Part shown: positions 43,560 to 55,938 of the stretch, piece after piece
Position numbering within the stretch: position 1 is the stretch's first letter
Layout of the letters: every line of letters starts with the position of its first letter
DNA from: the human T2T-CHM13v2.0 reference genome, Homo sapiens
Direction: 5' to 3' (one strand)
DNA: 64,000 nucleotides
Assembly: GCF_009914755.1 (NCBI RefSeq)
Contig: NC_060928.1
Translations under genes and position numbers: made by a program
The notes under the pieces: model-generated
Seen by the model: the letters and a program-made list of their open reading frames with translations, nothing else
Database searches by the model: none
What the model was told of the DNA's origin: nothing

Positions 43560-43835
43560 ACTTACCTTCTACATCCATCCCAAGAACCTAGAACATCGCT
43601 GGGCTCAAGGTAGGCCCTCAATTATAGTATCGAATGAATAAATGAAGTCAACAGTTCATCTTCATCTTTACAACATAAGACAATAAGTGCTATAATTCTC
43701 ATTTTTACAAATAAGGAAAATGAGGCTGACAGAGGGTAAGGTTACTTCCCCTCAGTCACATGGCTAGTAAGTAGCTAAGTTAGAGTATACACCTACACCT
43801 TGCCAATTTCCAAGCCCTTGCCATTTCTACTACCC
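43560..43835. mobile_element. L2 3' end (+) followed by MIR (-)
   Basis: GTAGGCCCTCAA..GAATGAATAAATGAA; CTCATTTTTACAAATAAGGAAAATGAGGCT..GTCACATGGCTAGTAAGT. Confidence 0.7.
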
Positions 43836-44316
43836 TAAACCTGCCAGCCATGTACTAAAATTCTGAGTTTGCTTTAGTTTAGATTAGGCACTTTATAGGC
43901 ATCTCATTTCATATTCAGAAGACACTCAAAACGTTCTAGAAAAATATCCGATGTGTTTGACCAGAAAGTTACACGGCTATGAGAAATCCCAGAGGGCAGT
44001 CAAAAGGAGTAATTACACAAATTTTGCATAGGTAAGATCATGGCTTCTGATTATTATTTAACATTCATGAGTAATGACAAATTTCCTGGACATTCTAAGG
44101 ATTTTAGGCCATTTCCTATGACTTATCTAAAACTATACATCTTTCCTACTCAAAAAAGCAAATTTGAACATGAATGAAATTGACATTGTTATAGAAAAGT
44201 TTGAGTATTTTAACTATCAATAATTATAAGTGAAAAGGTCAATCACATTTAAAAATCTTTAAAAATTATTTTAAAAATCAACCAGAGATTTGTATGTTTC
44301 AGAGAATACACAGATT

Positions 44317-44610
44317 AGCCGGGCACAGTGGCTCACACCTCTAATCCTAGCATTTTGGGAGGCCGAGGTGTGTGGATTACTTGAGGTCCGGAGTTCAAGA
44401 CCCACTTGGCCAACATGGAGCAACCCCGTCTCTACTGAAAATATGAAAATTAGCTGGGTGTGGTGGCACATGCCTGTAATCCCAGATACTCTGGAGGCTG
44501 AGGCAAGACAGAAGAATTGCTTGAACCTGGGAGGCGGAGGTTGCAGTAATTGCGAGACTCTGTCTCACACACACAAAAACACACACAAACACACACACAT
44601 ACATACATAG
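44317..44610 (+). mobile_element. AluS (Sx/Sz-like) with ~40-bp right-arm deletion and (CA)n tail
   Basis: GGTTGCAGTAATTGCGAGACTCTGTCTC lacks GAGCCGAGATC..CTGGGCGAC; tail ACACACAC..ACATACATAC. Confidence 0.93.
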
Positions 44611-44958
44611 AAAGAAAAAGCCATAAGTGAAAGTTAAAATATAATTCATTTGATGGTACTATATTATGGCATAACAGACTACAGTAAATAAAGTCTACAT
44701 AAATATACTCCCATTATTAAAACATATCCAAATGTTACATAATGAAATAATTAAGATGTAATATAATGCCACTTACAGCCTTTCTTAAAAATAACTGTCA
44801 TACATTCCTTTCTTAGACAGGAACCAATTTTGTCTTAGTTGCTAGTCATGTTATTAAGAACTTTTAAAAATTTATGTTCATTTAATAAGAGAGTTATTAG
44901 TCATTTGTAAGAACTTAATGGTATATTCAAAAATATTCCTGTGAAAAATAGTTGTATT

Positions 44959-45395
44959 TGTTAAAAGAAGAACTTTAGGCAATTTAAATTTAACAAGAGT
45001 TTATTCGAGCAAAGAATGATTGACAAATAGGGCAGCACTCAGAACCAGAAGTGGTTCAAAGATCTCTGCCCAGCAGTGTGAGCAGCAATCCTTGACAGGT
45101 GGAACAGGGAAGCAAAGCAGAGAAATCACCTCATTGGCTACAGCCAAGCATTTGGTTTATTTGGGCATGGGATGATGAGGCATCTGTCTTATCTGGGCAT
45201 GGTCTGATCAATTTGTTGTTGTGATTGGCTGTAGCTCAGCTGTTTATGATTGGCTGCAATCAGCTAGTTCTTATAAAAATATGCTCCTAGTTAGGTTTCA
45301 GTCTGTTTACATACTAAGTTAGATTGCAGTTTGTTAGAGACTCAAAGCACGGAGACAGTCTTAGGCCAATGACCTCTTGCTTATTTAATTTCACA
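44959..45395 (-). mobile_element. ERV1 MER4-group solo LTR (MER57-like)
   Basis: TGTTAAAAGAAGAACTTTAG..TTTATT..; three ATTGGCT (reverse CCAAT) boxes; ends CTTATTTAATTTCACA; 4-bp TSD TATT/TGTT. Confidence 0.8.
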
Positions 45396-46056
45396 TGTTG
45401 TGATATTATAAATGTATCAGTATCTTTTCATCAAAAAGGACAAAGCATTCTCTAATATATATCATTCCACAGTTTATGACACCAAATCATGGCCAATTAG
45501 CATATATGTCATATTTTTACGATTATGCATCAGCCAGTCTTTTAAACATGTCAGTGTAATAGACACATTGTCAATTAAATAAATTAGATTGGTAAAGTAA
45601 AAAGCTGAGTGCACATCAGAAATGAAAGTAATGTCTTCGAGTTACTCAAGATCAAGATCAAAAACCAGCTGATTCAGAATCTGACTTGGATTCTCTGTTT
45701 TACAGTGATTGTGATATATCAATTACTTGGTTTTTGATCTTGACACTGACCAAATTAATAAGTAATTAACACATCCGTGTTTCAATTTTCAATGTAAATA
45801 TTAACAAAATCTAGAGCCAACAGCTGTTGATGGTGAATGGATATTGAAACTAGCAATGATTTTCTCTTTTTTACTTGCCCTTAATGCTACATTGCCCATC
45901 ACATAAAATCAGCAAACATTGGCACTACACTCAGAGATTATTTTAGATCCCAAGCAAATCTAATTCTTTAATCTTGTGGCTTTACTACCTAGTCGAAATA
46001 ACTGTGAAAATGAAAAAAAAAAAAAAGACCACTCCGCCAATTTACAGAATTTTATG

Positions 46057-46332
46057 TCATCCAAACAAGAAGACTTACATATATCCCCAGAAGAGGACTG
46101 TGACTCTAGTAGCAATTACAGGCCTGCATTTTTCTGAAGCTCTGTCTTTGGAAGAGTCACTCCTGGCCAAGACAAAACAGTTGGTGACAACATTCATCCA
46201 AACAAGAAGACTTACATATATCCCCAGAAGAGGACTGTGACTCTAGTAGCAATTACAGGCCTGCATTTTTCTGAAGCTCTGTCTTTGGAAGAGTCACTCC
46301 TGGCCAAGACAAAACAGTTGGTGACAACATTC
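46057..46332. repeat. Perfect 137-bp tandem duplication
   Basis: 46057-46193 identical to 46194-46330 base for base, plus 2-bp TC junction microhomology. Confidence 0.97.
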
Positions 46333-46574
46333 TGGCTCTGTGTGTGCTCACCAAGTAAAATTGCCAAAATTCTGTACTCTGAGAACTAGCAAACAAAGCC
46401 AGTGGTACAATTCAATTACCATGGAATGCCAATTTTCCATAGACAAATTTGTCAATTGTTGCTAGAATTGTTCATTATGATTTGGAAGTCCTTGACATCT
46501 AAGTAGAATTGACACATAGGTATTTAAATTCAAGCATTGGAAAGAATGAAATATGATCTAAAGAAGTACACTTC

Positions 46575-46812
46575 GTGGTGAAGAGCAAAAGCTCTAGGGT
46601 TGGACAAATGAGTTCAATCCCAGATTCTGCTTCCTACTGGCCATTTGATCTTAACTTCACTGAGCCTCAGCCCCCATCTTAAATTCAATTCATAAGGTTA
46701 TTTGTGAGGATTAAATGAGAAAATGGAACAAAAGAAAAGACTTAACTTATACCTTGTTAAGGCACATGGTACCGGGCCCATAGAAATGGCTCAATAAATG
46801 TTATCTATTATT
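46575..46812 (+). mobile_element. MIR SINE
   Basis: CTTAACTTCACTGAGCCTCAG..GTGAGGATTAAATGAGA..GCTCAATAAATGTTATCTATTATT. Confidence 0.8.
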
Positions 46813-46849
46813 TTCATCTCTACCAACGTATGTACAAAAATCACTTTAA

Positions 46850-47100
46850 TTTCAAAAAATATTTACTGAGAATCAACTGTGTTGTGGACACCATCCTAAG
46901 TATGAGATACATTAGTGAACATAACAGAGATCCCTGCCCTTTCTAGTGAAGAAAGACTGCAAAAAAACCACAGTGACTATGAGAAATTCACTAAATTTTG
47001 GAAAATGTTAGAGGGTGAATAGCACAAAGAAAAAGTAGAGGAGAGGAAGGATGCCTACAAGTGGATGGTGAGACTCGTAAGTAGGGTGGCCAGGGTGAGA
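46850..47100 (-). mobile_element. L2 3' fragment
   Basis: AATATTTACTGAG..GATACATTAGTGAAC..ATCCCTGCCCT..TCTAGTG. Confidence 0.65.
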
Positions 47101-50100
47101 CTACAATGTAGAATTTGGTTTGTTGACATCCTCAGAGAGTTTAAGCACTGTTGCAGTTCTACTTTTTTTTTTCATTAAAATAAAAATCCCCTTGTCCAGG
47201 TTATTTAGCAGTATTTATTGTTCAAAATCAGAAGGCTCATCATATGTCATCATCCCACCTCCTTAAAAATTACTGAGTTGACAACCGTGGAATCAATTGT
47301 TAACAACAGGTTGTATGATCATCTCTAACATTATGTATAAATCAGTGCTATCACAGAAAGCCTCTCTCTGATTGCATCATAACTTTTCACACATACTGCT
47401 ATCCAAATCTAAAGCTGTTTTCTATCAGAGCTTTGCAAGCTCTGAAATATTCACCTGGCAAACAAAGCCCTCCTGCTTTCACATTAAAAATACCACTCTG
47501 TGTTCCAAAATGTCTATGGAAATTTACATGGTAAACCAATGAAAACCATGCAGTAGCATATGAAATATTTTTCCAATTATTTCCCCTCAAAGAAATTACT
47601 TTCTGCAGATTGAATCTGAGCTGTTTGGGATATTGCAGTTTTGATAGCTCTTTAAACTTTTAATTGGTTCACAGCCCTGTTCTGGAATAAATAAAAAAAA
47701 CTTGAGGAAGAATTACTGACAGTTTTTAAAATAACATTTTTTGAGAGATGAGTATTCCTTAGGTAATACAACCTACTTTTAAGATTCTGAAATTAAACAA
47801 ATCACAAAGAATCTAAAGTAATATTATTTGAAAACGGATACCTGTTTCAATTGAGTGTGGAAAAATCCTGTCAACTATACAATTACCTTTTTAGAAGGCA
47901 AAAAGATCCATATATTCACTGTACTTTTCTTCTTCTTTTGCTTAATCACTCATCCCCTATCATGCCTCCTACAGAAAGCACTAGCGGTTCTGGAGAATAA
48001 AATTTAAACTACTTTTCACTAGAAACATTAGCTTCTCTCATCAAAGCAAATGTTTTAGAAAGCTGATACCCAAATTCAACATCAGAAACTACCCTCTAGC
48101 AATTGTTTCCCCTTTTGTTCTTATTTAAATGCCTTATTCATAATTTTTGTTGTATTTTTATTTGTAATTTAAATACAGGTTATTTTTCTGCAAAATTATA
48201 TGAGTTAAAAAATGACTATCCCAACACACACAGAATTTCCATTGAAATACTTTACCCTAAATGTGATTGATCCAGAAATAATAATTAAGAGTTCTTTTTC
48301 ATTTGCATAAGCTCTGACATTTTGAATTTCACAAGATATATTTACTAAGGATGACTACTCTGGAAAAATTGTTCTTCCATTTTGTATACCATACTCTCCA
48401 GCAAATTTTCCAATTATTCTTTAATCTTTTTCCTACTTGCACCCTCATTTTATCCTCAACCCCTTTACAAGGCAAAACGTAGAAGACATATACATATACA
48501 CACAAGCATATTTGTGTGTACACACACACAAACACACACACATCTTGATTTCCTCACTAACAACCTTTGGAGAAGATAATGATATATAAAACAAAAAAGC
48601 AGGGATAGCTATATTTCAATCCCTAAAATAAACATTAGCAAACATTGTTGAATATGTGTTAGCCAATGAGAAAAACTAGCAAATGTAGTGGTAGGAGATT
48701 TTGTGATCAGATAATGGATATGAGTGCCACCACACAGTTTTTGAGGTTTCCATACCTCTGGCTTGTGCAATCTTTTTTGGCATTTGCTCTGAATCTCTAG
48801 AGACCTACAAATATCAATTTAAGAGTCATCGTTCCTAAACATGTTGTATAAAGAAGAAAGTCAGAAATATCAGGATAAGTTTCTAGAAGTAATGTTTCTG
48901 ATCCAAATTCCACAAATCTCTGAAGAGAACATTGGTTAAATTTTAACTCTGGGACTCATAAGTAGATTATATTTCCTTTTGAAAACTCACACTTCTGCAG
49001 TAATCTATAGTCTGCCATTATGAATGAGTCCTTTCAAACACAATGGATTACTTAGGAAAGCCAGATGAGTAGCCCAACAGTTCATCCAAAAGCAGCTGGC
49101 CACATGCAGCAGTCTCTGTTGATTTGTCACACATATAAGTGCAAGCCCCTCAATTGTTTGGGGGTCCAAATGATTAGGATAGGGACAGTAGCAGTGAAAG
49201 AACACATTCCATTCCTTTGTCCTACACAGGCGGATGGGCTCTTTCTCATTCTTCAAAATCAGGTAAGAACAAATCAGTGTTATCCCCTTAAATAATGATT
49301 CTCAATAAATTTTATTAGAAAATTCCACAAACAAGAAGCCAACATATCTCTATTTTTATTGCAAATCCCAAGCCTATAGAGAAATTCTTATGAAGTTATA
49401 TGGGATAAAGTTACAGCATTTCTTAAGAATATGTTCTCACATTCACACATAAAGCTGTCCAAAGCATAATATCGTTCAGTTGCCACAGTGCAGAATCTGT
49501 TAATTGGATCTGCCTATGTTTTCCAACTCACAGCATCCTACAGTGCTAAGTAGGATATAAACACTCCCTGCTGAGACTCCTCATAAACCCTGATTTTTTT
49601 TTCCTTCCTTGAAGTCAGCTAGTGAATTTAGATGGCCTAAATACTAAAAATAAACTAGGGTTTTAAGTCTTTACTGACATAATCCAATCTCACAAATGGA
49701 GTTTAATAATGATTATCTATTTTATAATCTTCCCCAAAAGATTAATGCAGTGTTGATATAAAAAGTACAGACAGAGCAAGGCAGAACAACGTTTTGGTAA
49801 TCTTAGACATTAACTTCAAGAAATCAGGCCATTTCCTCTCTATACTTTTTTGGTAGTTTGTATTTTGACTTTAATGCTTATTGAGCTATAGAATATATAC
49901 AGGAAAGAATGCAAATCCTAAAGGTAGGTTTGATTAATTTTTGCCCGATCATCACACACATACCCAAGATAAAGGCCAAACTACAGAACGTTGTCTGCTC
50001 GCCAGAAGCCTTCCTTAGGCCCCCATGTAATCATTACCACATACACAAAAGTAACCACCATATTTAATTTTATCACTAGAGATTAGTGTTGCATGTTTTT

Positions 50101-50952
50101 GAACTTCATATAAATGATGCTATGCATTTTGTACTCTTACATTTTTAGCTTCGTTTTCTTTCTCATCATTATGTCTATGAGATTCATCCCTATTGTGTGT
50201 AGCAGTAGTTTATTCTCTTTCGTTGCTATGTGGTATTGCATTGTAGAAAGGTCTTAATTGTGAACTCCATTTCTTTAATAGATAAAGGACCATTGAGGTT
50301 TTCAGTTTGATTTTGTGTCTATTTTTGAAAGTTGTATTTTCCAAGATTTTTTTCATTTAAACTTAAAGACATTTGTTTATTATCTTTTAAAGTCTGTGGA
50401 TCTATAATGATATCACCTTTGCATTCTTTATGTTGGTAACTTGAGTTACTTTTTTCATAATTTATATCACTAGGGAGTTCTTTGATTTTATTAACCTTTT
50501 CAAACAATAATATTTTGGTTTATTGGGTTTTGCTATTTGCTTCTGGTTCTTATTGATTTCTGTTTCTTATCATTTCTATTATCTTAGGGTTTTTGGCGTT
50601 AATATGCCATGGTTTCTGCTGGACCTGGAGAATAGAACTGAGATAATTGTTAGCAGTTATTATTTTAATATGTGCATGTAATGCTATAATTTCCTTCTAA
50701 GTACTTCTGCAGTTGCATTCCACAACTTTTAATATTTTTAACTAAATGAAAATAAGTTATTTTAATTAATATTGTGATTTCTCTTTAACGTACATCTAAT
50801 TTAGAAAAGTACATTTTAGTTTCCAAACATTTTAAGGATTATCTAGGTGTACTTTTGTTACTGATTTCTAGATTCTTTCTTCTATGGCCAGAAAACACCC
50901 TCTGAATATTTTCACACCTTTGTATTGTGTTACAATTTGCAATTTCGGCTAA

Positions 50953-51430
50953 TATTATTGGATGATGATTCTCCATGGGCCTCTCATGTTTCTTCACATC
51001 TTAAGAACAGAAGTATTGACTCCTTTTATTTCCGGACTACATTCTCAAGGATGTTTGTGAAGCAAACAGCTTTGGAAGATAGAGACGCTGTCTTCCTCCA
51101 GAACAAAAGGCAAGTTTTCTTAAAGTCTTGGAAGACTGTTTCCATCTAGAAAAGCAAGTAGGCATTCTTAATATCTAGTATGAACAACTCCGGTTTTCCA
51201 AGCTCATCCATCTTCTTTTGTAACACAATTCAGTCAATGTACAAGCACTGCCTGGCCCTCTTCAAGACATCCTATAGGAATTGCTGCTTGGGGAGCTGAT
51301 GCTTGTGCAGCTTGCTTTAATGTGGGTAATAAAGTTCATTGTCTCTGCTTTAGGATTCTCAGGGTTTTTTTTGCCAGCATCCCTAAAATCATGGCAGACT
51401 AACATTTTAGGGTAAAAGTAGGGTAAAATT
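50953..51430 (+). mobile_element. LTR40-like ERVL solo LTR, 3' tip missing
   Basis: ATTCTCCATGGGCCTCTCATGTTTC..CAAGGATGTTTGT..TTGGAAGATAGAGA..GTAATAAAGT..AGTAGGGTAAAAT. Confidence 0.75.
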
Positions 51431-52430
51431 GGGATTGATATCAGAAAGATGGCAGAAAGAAAGGCTGGGAGTCTCCTGCCACCAAGAAGGCACTGAATCA
51501 ACTACAAATACATAGACCAATTCCCTTTTTGAGAAATCCAGAGAACAGTTAAGAGGTAGCTGCACCCCAGGGGAGCATGAAAGCAGCCACATGAAAGGCA
51601 GTAGGAAAACCCCCGGCACTCACTCTCCATACTGTCTCCCCAACCACCCTCCTCCCAGCTCAGCATGGCATGATCAGGAGAAAACTCTTAGTTCCTGGTT
51701 TCTCCCTGGGAGGGAAAGAGAAGATTGAAACATGTATGCAAAGTTTGGACTTTTCCTGGGGCTGCCCAAGAGACTGGTTTATATCTTCTCTGTCTCAGAG
51801 CACTGCTGGGGATCAGCTTGCTCTAGGTTTCTGGAGAGCACTGAGAACACAAGAGAGCTGGGTGGCTTGTGGCTTGCTGCTGTTCCAGAGGACAGGAGGT
51901 GCAGCAGCTAGAGGTCCATATAGCTGGGCAGCCTCTCCCTCGGGAGGGAGAGGAGCCTCTGTCTAGCGTTTCAGTGTTTCACACCCAGGTTCTTTCCAGC
52001 ACTATTTACAGTAGCCAAGCGGTAGAAACAACCTAAATATCCATTGATTGGTGAATGGATAAAGCAAATGTGGTATATGTATACAATGGAAGATTATTCA
52101 GCCATAAAAGAAGAAAATACAATTGCGACAACATGGATAAACCTTGAGGACTAAGTGAAATAAATCAGTCACAAAAGGACACATATTGCATGATTTTACT
52201 TAGATGAGGTGTCTATAATGGTCAAAGTCAGAAGCGGGAAGTAAAATGGTTTTCAGTGTGAAATGAGGAGTGGTTGTTCAATGGGTATAGAGTTTCAGTC
52301 ACACAAGTTGAGAAAGTTCTGGAGAGCTGCTGTACAGCAACGTACTTAGAGTTAATATGTGCTATATACTTAAAAATTTGCCAGGAGCGTAGATTTCATG
52401 TTATGTGTTCTTTATCACAATAAAAATAAA
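51431..52430 (+). mobile_element. L1MA10/MB-like element: 5'UTR joined directly to the 3' end
   Basis: GGGATTGATATCAGAAAGATGGCAGA..GAGAAATCCAGAGAACAGTTAAGAGG (L1M 5' end) to ~51980; then ACACCCAGGTTC..AACAACCTAAATATCCATTG..GAGTTTCAGT..CACAATAAAAATAAA. Confidence 0.75.
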
Positions 52431-52935
52431 CATATAAGTAACTGAAAATTACATATTAAAAAGGAACAAATTATTAACACAGGCAGAAATTCAGATGAAC
52501 ATCTAGGGAAGTAGTCTGAATGAAAAAATTCAGTCCCAAAAGGTTATATACTGTATAATTCCATTGACATAATCTTTTTGAAATAAAATTGTTGGAATCA
52601 GTGTTTTATAATTGTGTTTTAGATCAAGTGTGTTAGACATTCCGTTTATGTCTTCTATATTTCTATTGATTTTTGTTTTGTGTTCTAATAGCTACTACAA
52701 CGATTTGTCTAAGATGTAGAATTTTCCATTTTTCCTTAGTTCGGTCCATTTTTCCTTTATATATTTTGAGACAATATTAATAGTTACATATAGTCATTCT
52801 TAAGACTGCTATATCTTCTTGTTAAATTAACCTTATATTGTTATGAAATGTTGCCCATTACATTTAGTAATACTTTGTGTCTTAGGGCCTATATTGTTCA
52901 TTTATTAACATAGCTACACTAATTTGTCTATAGAT

Positions 52936-53480
52936 CAGGAATCAGTAATGCATGGTGTCTTAGTTCAGACTGCTGTAACAAAGTACCATAGCCAGTGTGG
53001 CTTATAAACAACAAAATTTTGTTCTCACATTTCTGGCATCTGGGAAGTCCAAGTTCATGGTCAGATTCTGATAAGGGTCCTCTTCTGAGTGCAGGCTGTC
53101 AGCTTCTTGCTGTATTCTCACATGGCAGAAAGACTGTAAGCTAGCTTTCTTGCTTCTTCTTATAAGAGCACCAATCCCATTTATGAGGGTCCCATCTTTA
53201 TGACCTAATTACCTTGCAAAGGCACTATTTTTGAATACCGTCATAATAAGGATTATATTTCAACATATGAATTTTGTGGGGACACAAACATTGAGTCCAT
53301 AGCAGATGGACTGGTACACAGCCTGATTTTGTACATCCTGTAAGCTAGGAATGTTTCCTACATTCTTAAAGGGATTAACAAAACACACAAAAATAACATG
53401 CAACAAAGACCATATGTGTCCCACAAAGCTGAAAATATTTACAATCTGGGCCATTACAAAAAAAAGTTTTCTAACTGCTG
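52936..53480 (+). mobile_element. MER58 (C-like) hAT element split by MLT1A
   Basis: AAGCTAGGAATGTTTCCTACATT..CCCACAAAGCTGAAAATATTTACAATCTGGGCCATTACA. Confidence 0.75.
52956..53304 (-). mobile_element. MLT1A-like solo LTR
   Basis: TGTCTTAGTTC..GCTGTAACAAAGTACCATAG..GGGACACAAACATTGAGTCCATAGCA; TSD CATGG/GATGG. Confidence 0.88.
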
Positions 53481-53865
53481 TTAGTGTTTCTATGATGTAT
53501 CTTCTCCTATAACATTAGTTTTAACTTTCCTATGTCCTTCTTAAGAACATAGAAAATGTCATTAATAATCGTTGTCTTTAATTGACATATTCAATTGTTT
53601 TTAATGTAAATTGTGATATATTTGGGTTTAAATCATTATCTCAGTATCTTTCAAGTTGCTTCATCTATTCTTTGATCTGTTTTTACACTGCCTTGTCTTC
53701 TTTGAGAATAATCAGGCTTTAATTTCAATTTTTACCCAATATTTACCTGTTATTACATTCTTATTTATTTCTTTTCATTCTTAGCCTGCTACACTGTATA
53801 CCATTAATCTATTAATATCTACTTTAATTAGTACTTTTTCCCATTCCCAGATAATGCAAGGGTTC

Positions 53866-54222
53866 TGTTGTAGTCTGCTTGGGCTGTCATAAAAGAATAC
53901 CACTGAGGAAGTGGCTTAAATGGCAGAAATGCATTTTCTCATGTGTGGGGCACTGGAAGGCAAGATCAAGGGCCAGTATAGTCAGGGTCTGTTGATTCCT
54001 CTCTCCTTTGGTTGCAGATGACCTTTCTTCTGTGCTTGTAAAGAGACAGTTCTGGTGTATCTTCCTCTTCTTATAAGGGCACCATTCCTGTAAGACCTTT
54101 ATGACCTCACTTACATGCCTCATCCTTAAAAAGCTGTCTCCAAATTCTGCTACATTTAGGTTTACGGCTTCAACATAGGAATTTGTAGGGGAAGAGAAGG
54201 TGATGTGATGTAGTCCATAACA
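53866..54222 (-). mobile_element. MLT1A0-like solo LTR
   Basis: TAGTCTGCTTGGGCTGTCATAA..CTTCTTATAAGGGCAC..GGCTTCAACATAGGAATTT..AGTCCATAACA; TSD GGTTC/GGCTC. Confidence 0.85.
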
Positions 54223-54604
54223 GGCTCTGTAATACTTTGTCTGCAATTACCCTCTCTAACCTGTGCTACTTTGCCATGTGTTTTAATCCTGCACATATTA
54301 AGTGTCATATAGCATTAGTATTCATTTTTAATAAAGAATATCAATATATAGTTACTCCCTTATATTCATCCTTTTCTTCGTTCATTTTTGCAATTCATCT
54401 AAATTTTTGTTTACAATTGTTTTCTTTCTGCCTGAAATTTTTCTTTAGCATTTCTTTTAGTGAATGTCTGCTAGCAGAAAAGTATCATATCACTGAAAAT
54501 GTTAATTTTACCTCTTTTGAGGCCTGGATGGGTAACACAAAAGGTTAGAATAGAGGAGGATCTCCTAGTATTATTTTGAAATTTAGCAGATATGATTCCT
54601 TAAG

Positions 54605-55115
54605 TTTCTTTTTAAAATTTTTAATTGTTATGGATACATATTAGTTGTACATATTTCCAGAGTACATGCGACATTTTGAGACAAGCATATAATGTGTAAT
54701 GATCAAATCAGGGTAATTGGGGTGTTCATTACCTCAAGCACTTATTGTTTCTTGGTGTTGAGAATATTCCAATTCCTCTCTTTTAGTTATTTTGAAATAT
54801 ATAATAGATTAGCTATAGTCACCCCATTGTGCTACCAAACCCTACACCACATTATTTCTATCCAACTTTTTATTTGTACCTATTAAACATCCCCTCTTTA
54901 TCACTACCCTTCCCAGCCTCTGGTAACTACCATTCTACCCTCTCCGAGTTAAATTTGTTTTAGCCACCACGTATGAGTGAAAATATGCAGCATTTGTTTT
55001 TCTGTGCCCGGCTTATTTCACTTAACATAATGTCCTCCGGTTCCATCCATGTTGTGGCAAATGACAAGATCTCATTCTTTTTAAAGGCTGAATAATATTC
55101 CATTATGTATATGGT
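54605..55115 (-). mobile_element. L1MA (2-4-like) 3' end
   Basis: ATAATGTGTAATGATCAAATCAGGGTAATTGGG, CCCTTCCCAGCCTCTGGTAAC, GGCTTATTTCACTTAACATAATG. Confidence 0.88.
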
Positions 55116-55938
55116 ATGAAAATAACATTCACTTTTAATTTTGAAGAATATTTTGCTGAGAGCAAAATTCTGCAAGTGGCATTTTTGTCTCATTTCAGCC
55201 AATTAAATATAGCATTTGACTGTCTTCTATATTTTATCATTTTGTTGAAAGGTAAGCTGCCAGTGTTGTTGCTCCTTTGAAGACGCTATTGTCTTTTCCT
55301 CTGTATTATTTTAACAGGCGCTGTATGTTTCTGGGTTTCATTGTCTTGACTAGGCCTTGGTCTGATGTTCTTTGTACTTACGGTGCTTAGGTCTGAAGTA
55401 CATCTTGAATCTGTAGGTTGATGTTTTCTTTCAAAGTTGAAGATTTCCTGACCAGTGTTTCTTTAAATGCTGCTTCTGTCTCTTATCTCGTTCTCCTCTC
55501 TCCTATATGCCAGTCACATGGAGAGAGAGATAGTAATATGTCTATATAGGTATACAGACAGGCAAACTTTTCATCTTATCCCACCCACATTTCTCTCATG
55601 CTATTTTCCGAATTGCCCTTCTGTCTATTTGGGCTTAAGTTTATATATTTTCTTTTAAGGTAACTTCCAGCTCATTACTTTTCCCTTCTTCTGCATTTTC
55701 TTTTTAAACACCATCTTTAATTATTACTTTTTCTTATTCTTCATAGAAAACATGGACATGTTTTCTAATTAACTAGTTATTTCTACTTTTTTGGCTAATA
55801 TGCTTTTAACACAATTCATTTAAATTTTAATATTAGTTACTGTAAGTTTTAGATCCAAAACTTCCATATGAATCTTATATATTCAAATCATCTTGTGAAA
55901 TTATTTATCCTCTAGCCTTTTTAAATAAATGTATCAGT

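Larger units (their letters stand above)
49845..55930 (-). mobile_element. Fragmented ancient L1M(E) scaffold with many nested insertions
   Basis: T-rich + strand; reverse 3' end TTTTGAACTTCATATAAATG..TGAGATTCATCC at ~50.1 kb; ORF2-like pieces at 50.3-50.9 and 52.6-52.9 kb; ORF1-like at 55.1-55.9 kb, in collinear order. Confidence 0.65.

Noticed and set aside
46057-46332. CRISPR-like or other prokaryotic repeat-spacer system
   Set aside because: Head-to-tail duplicate without spacers, in clearly primate DNA with no cas-like or other microbial ORFs
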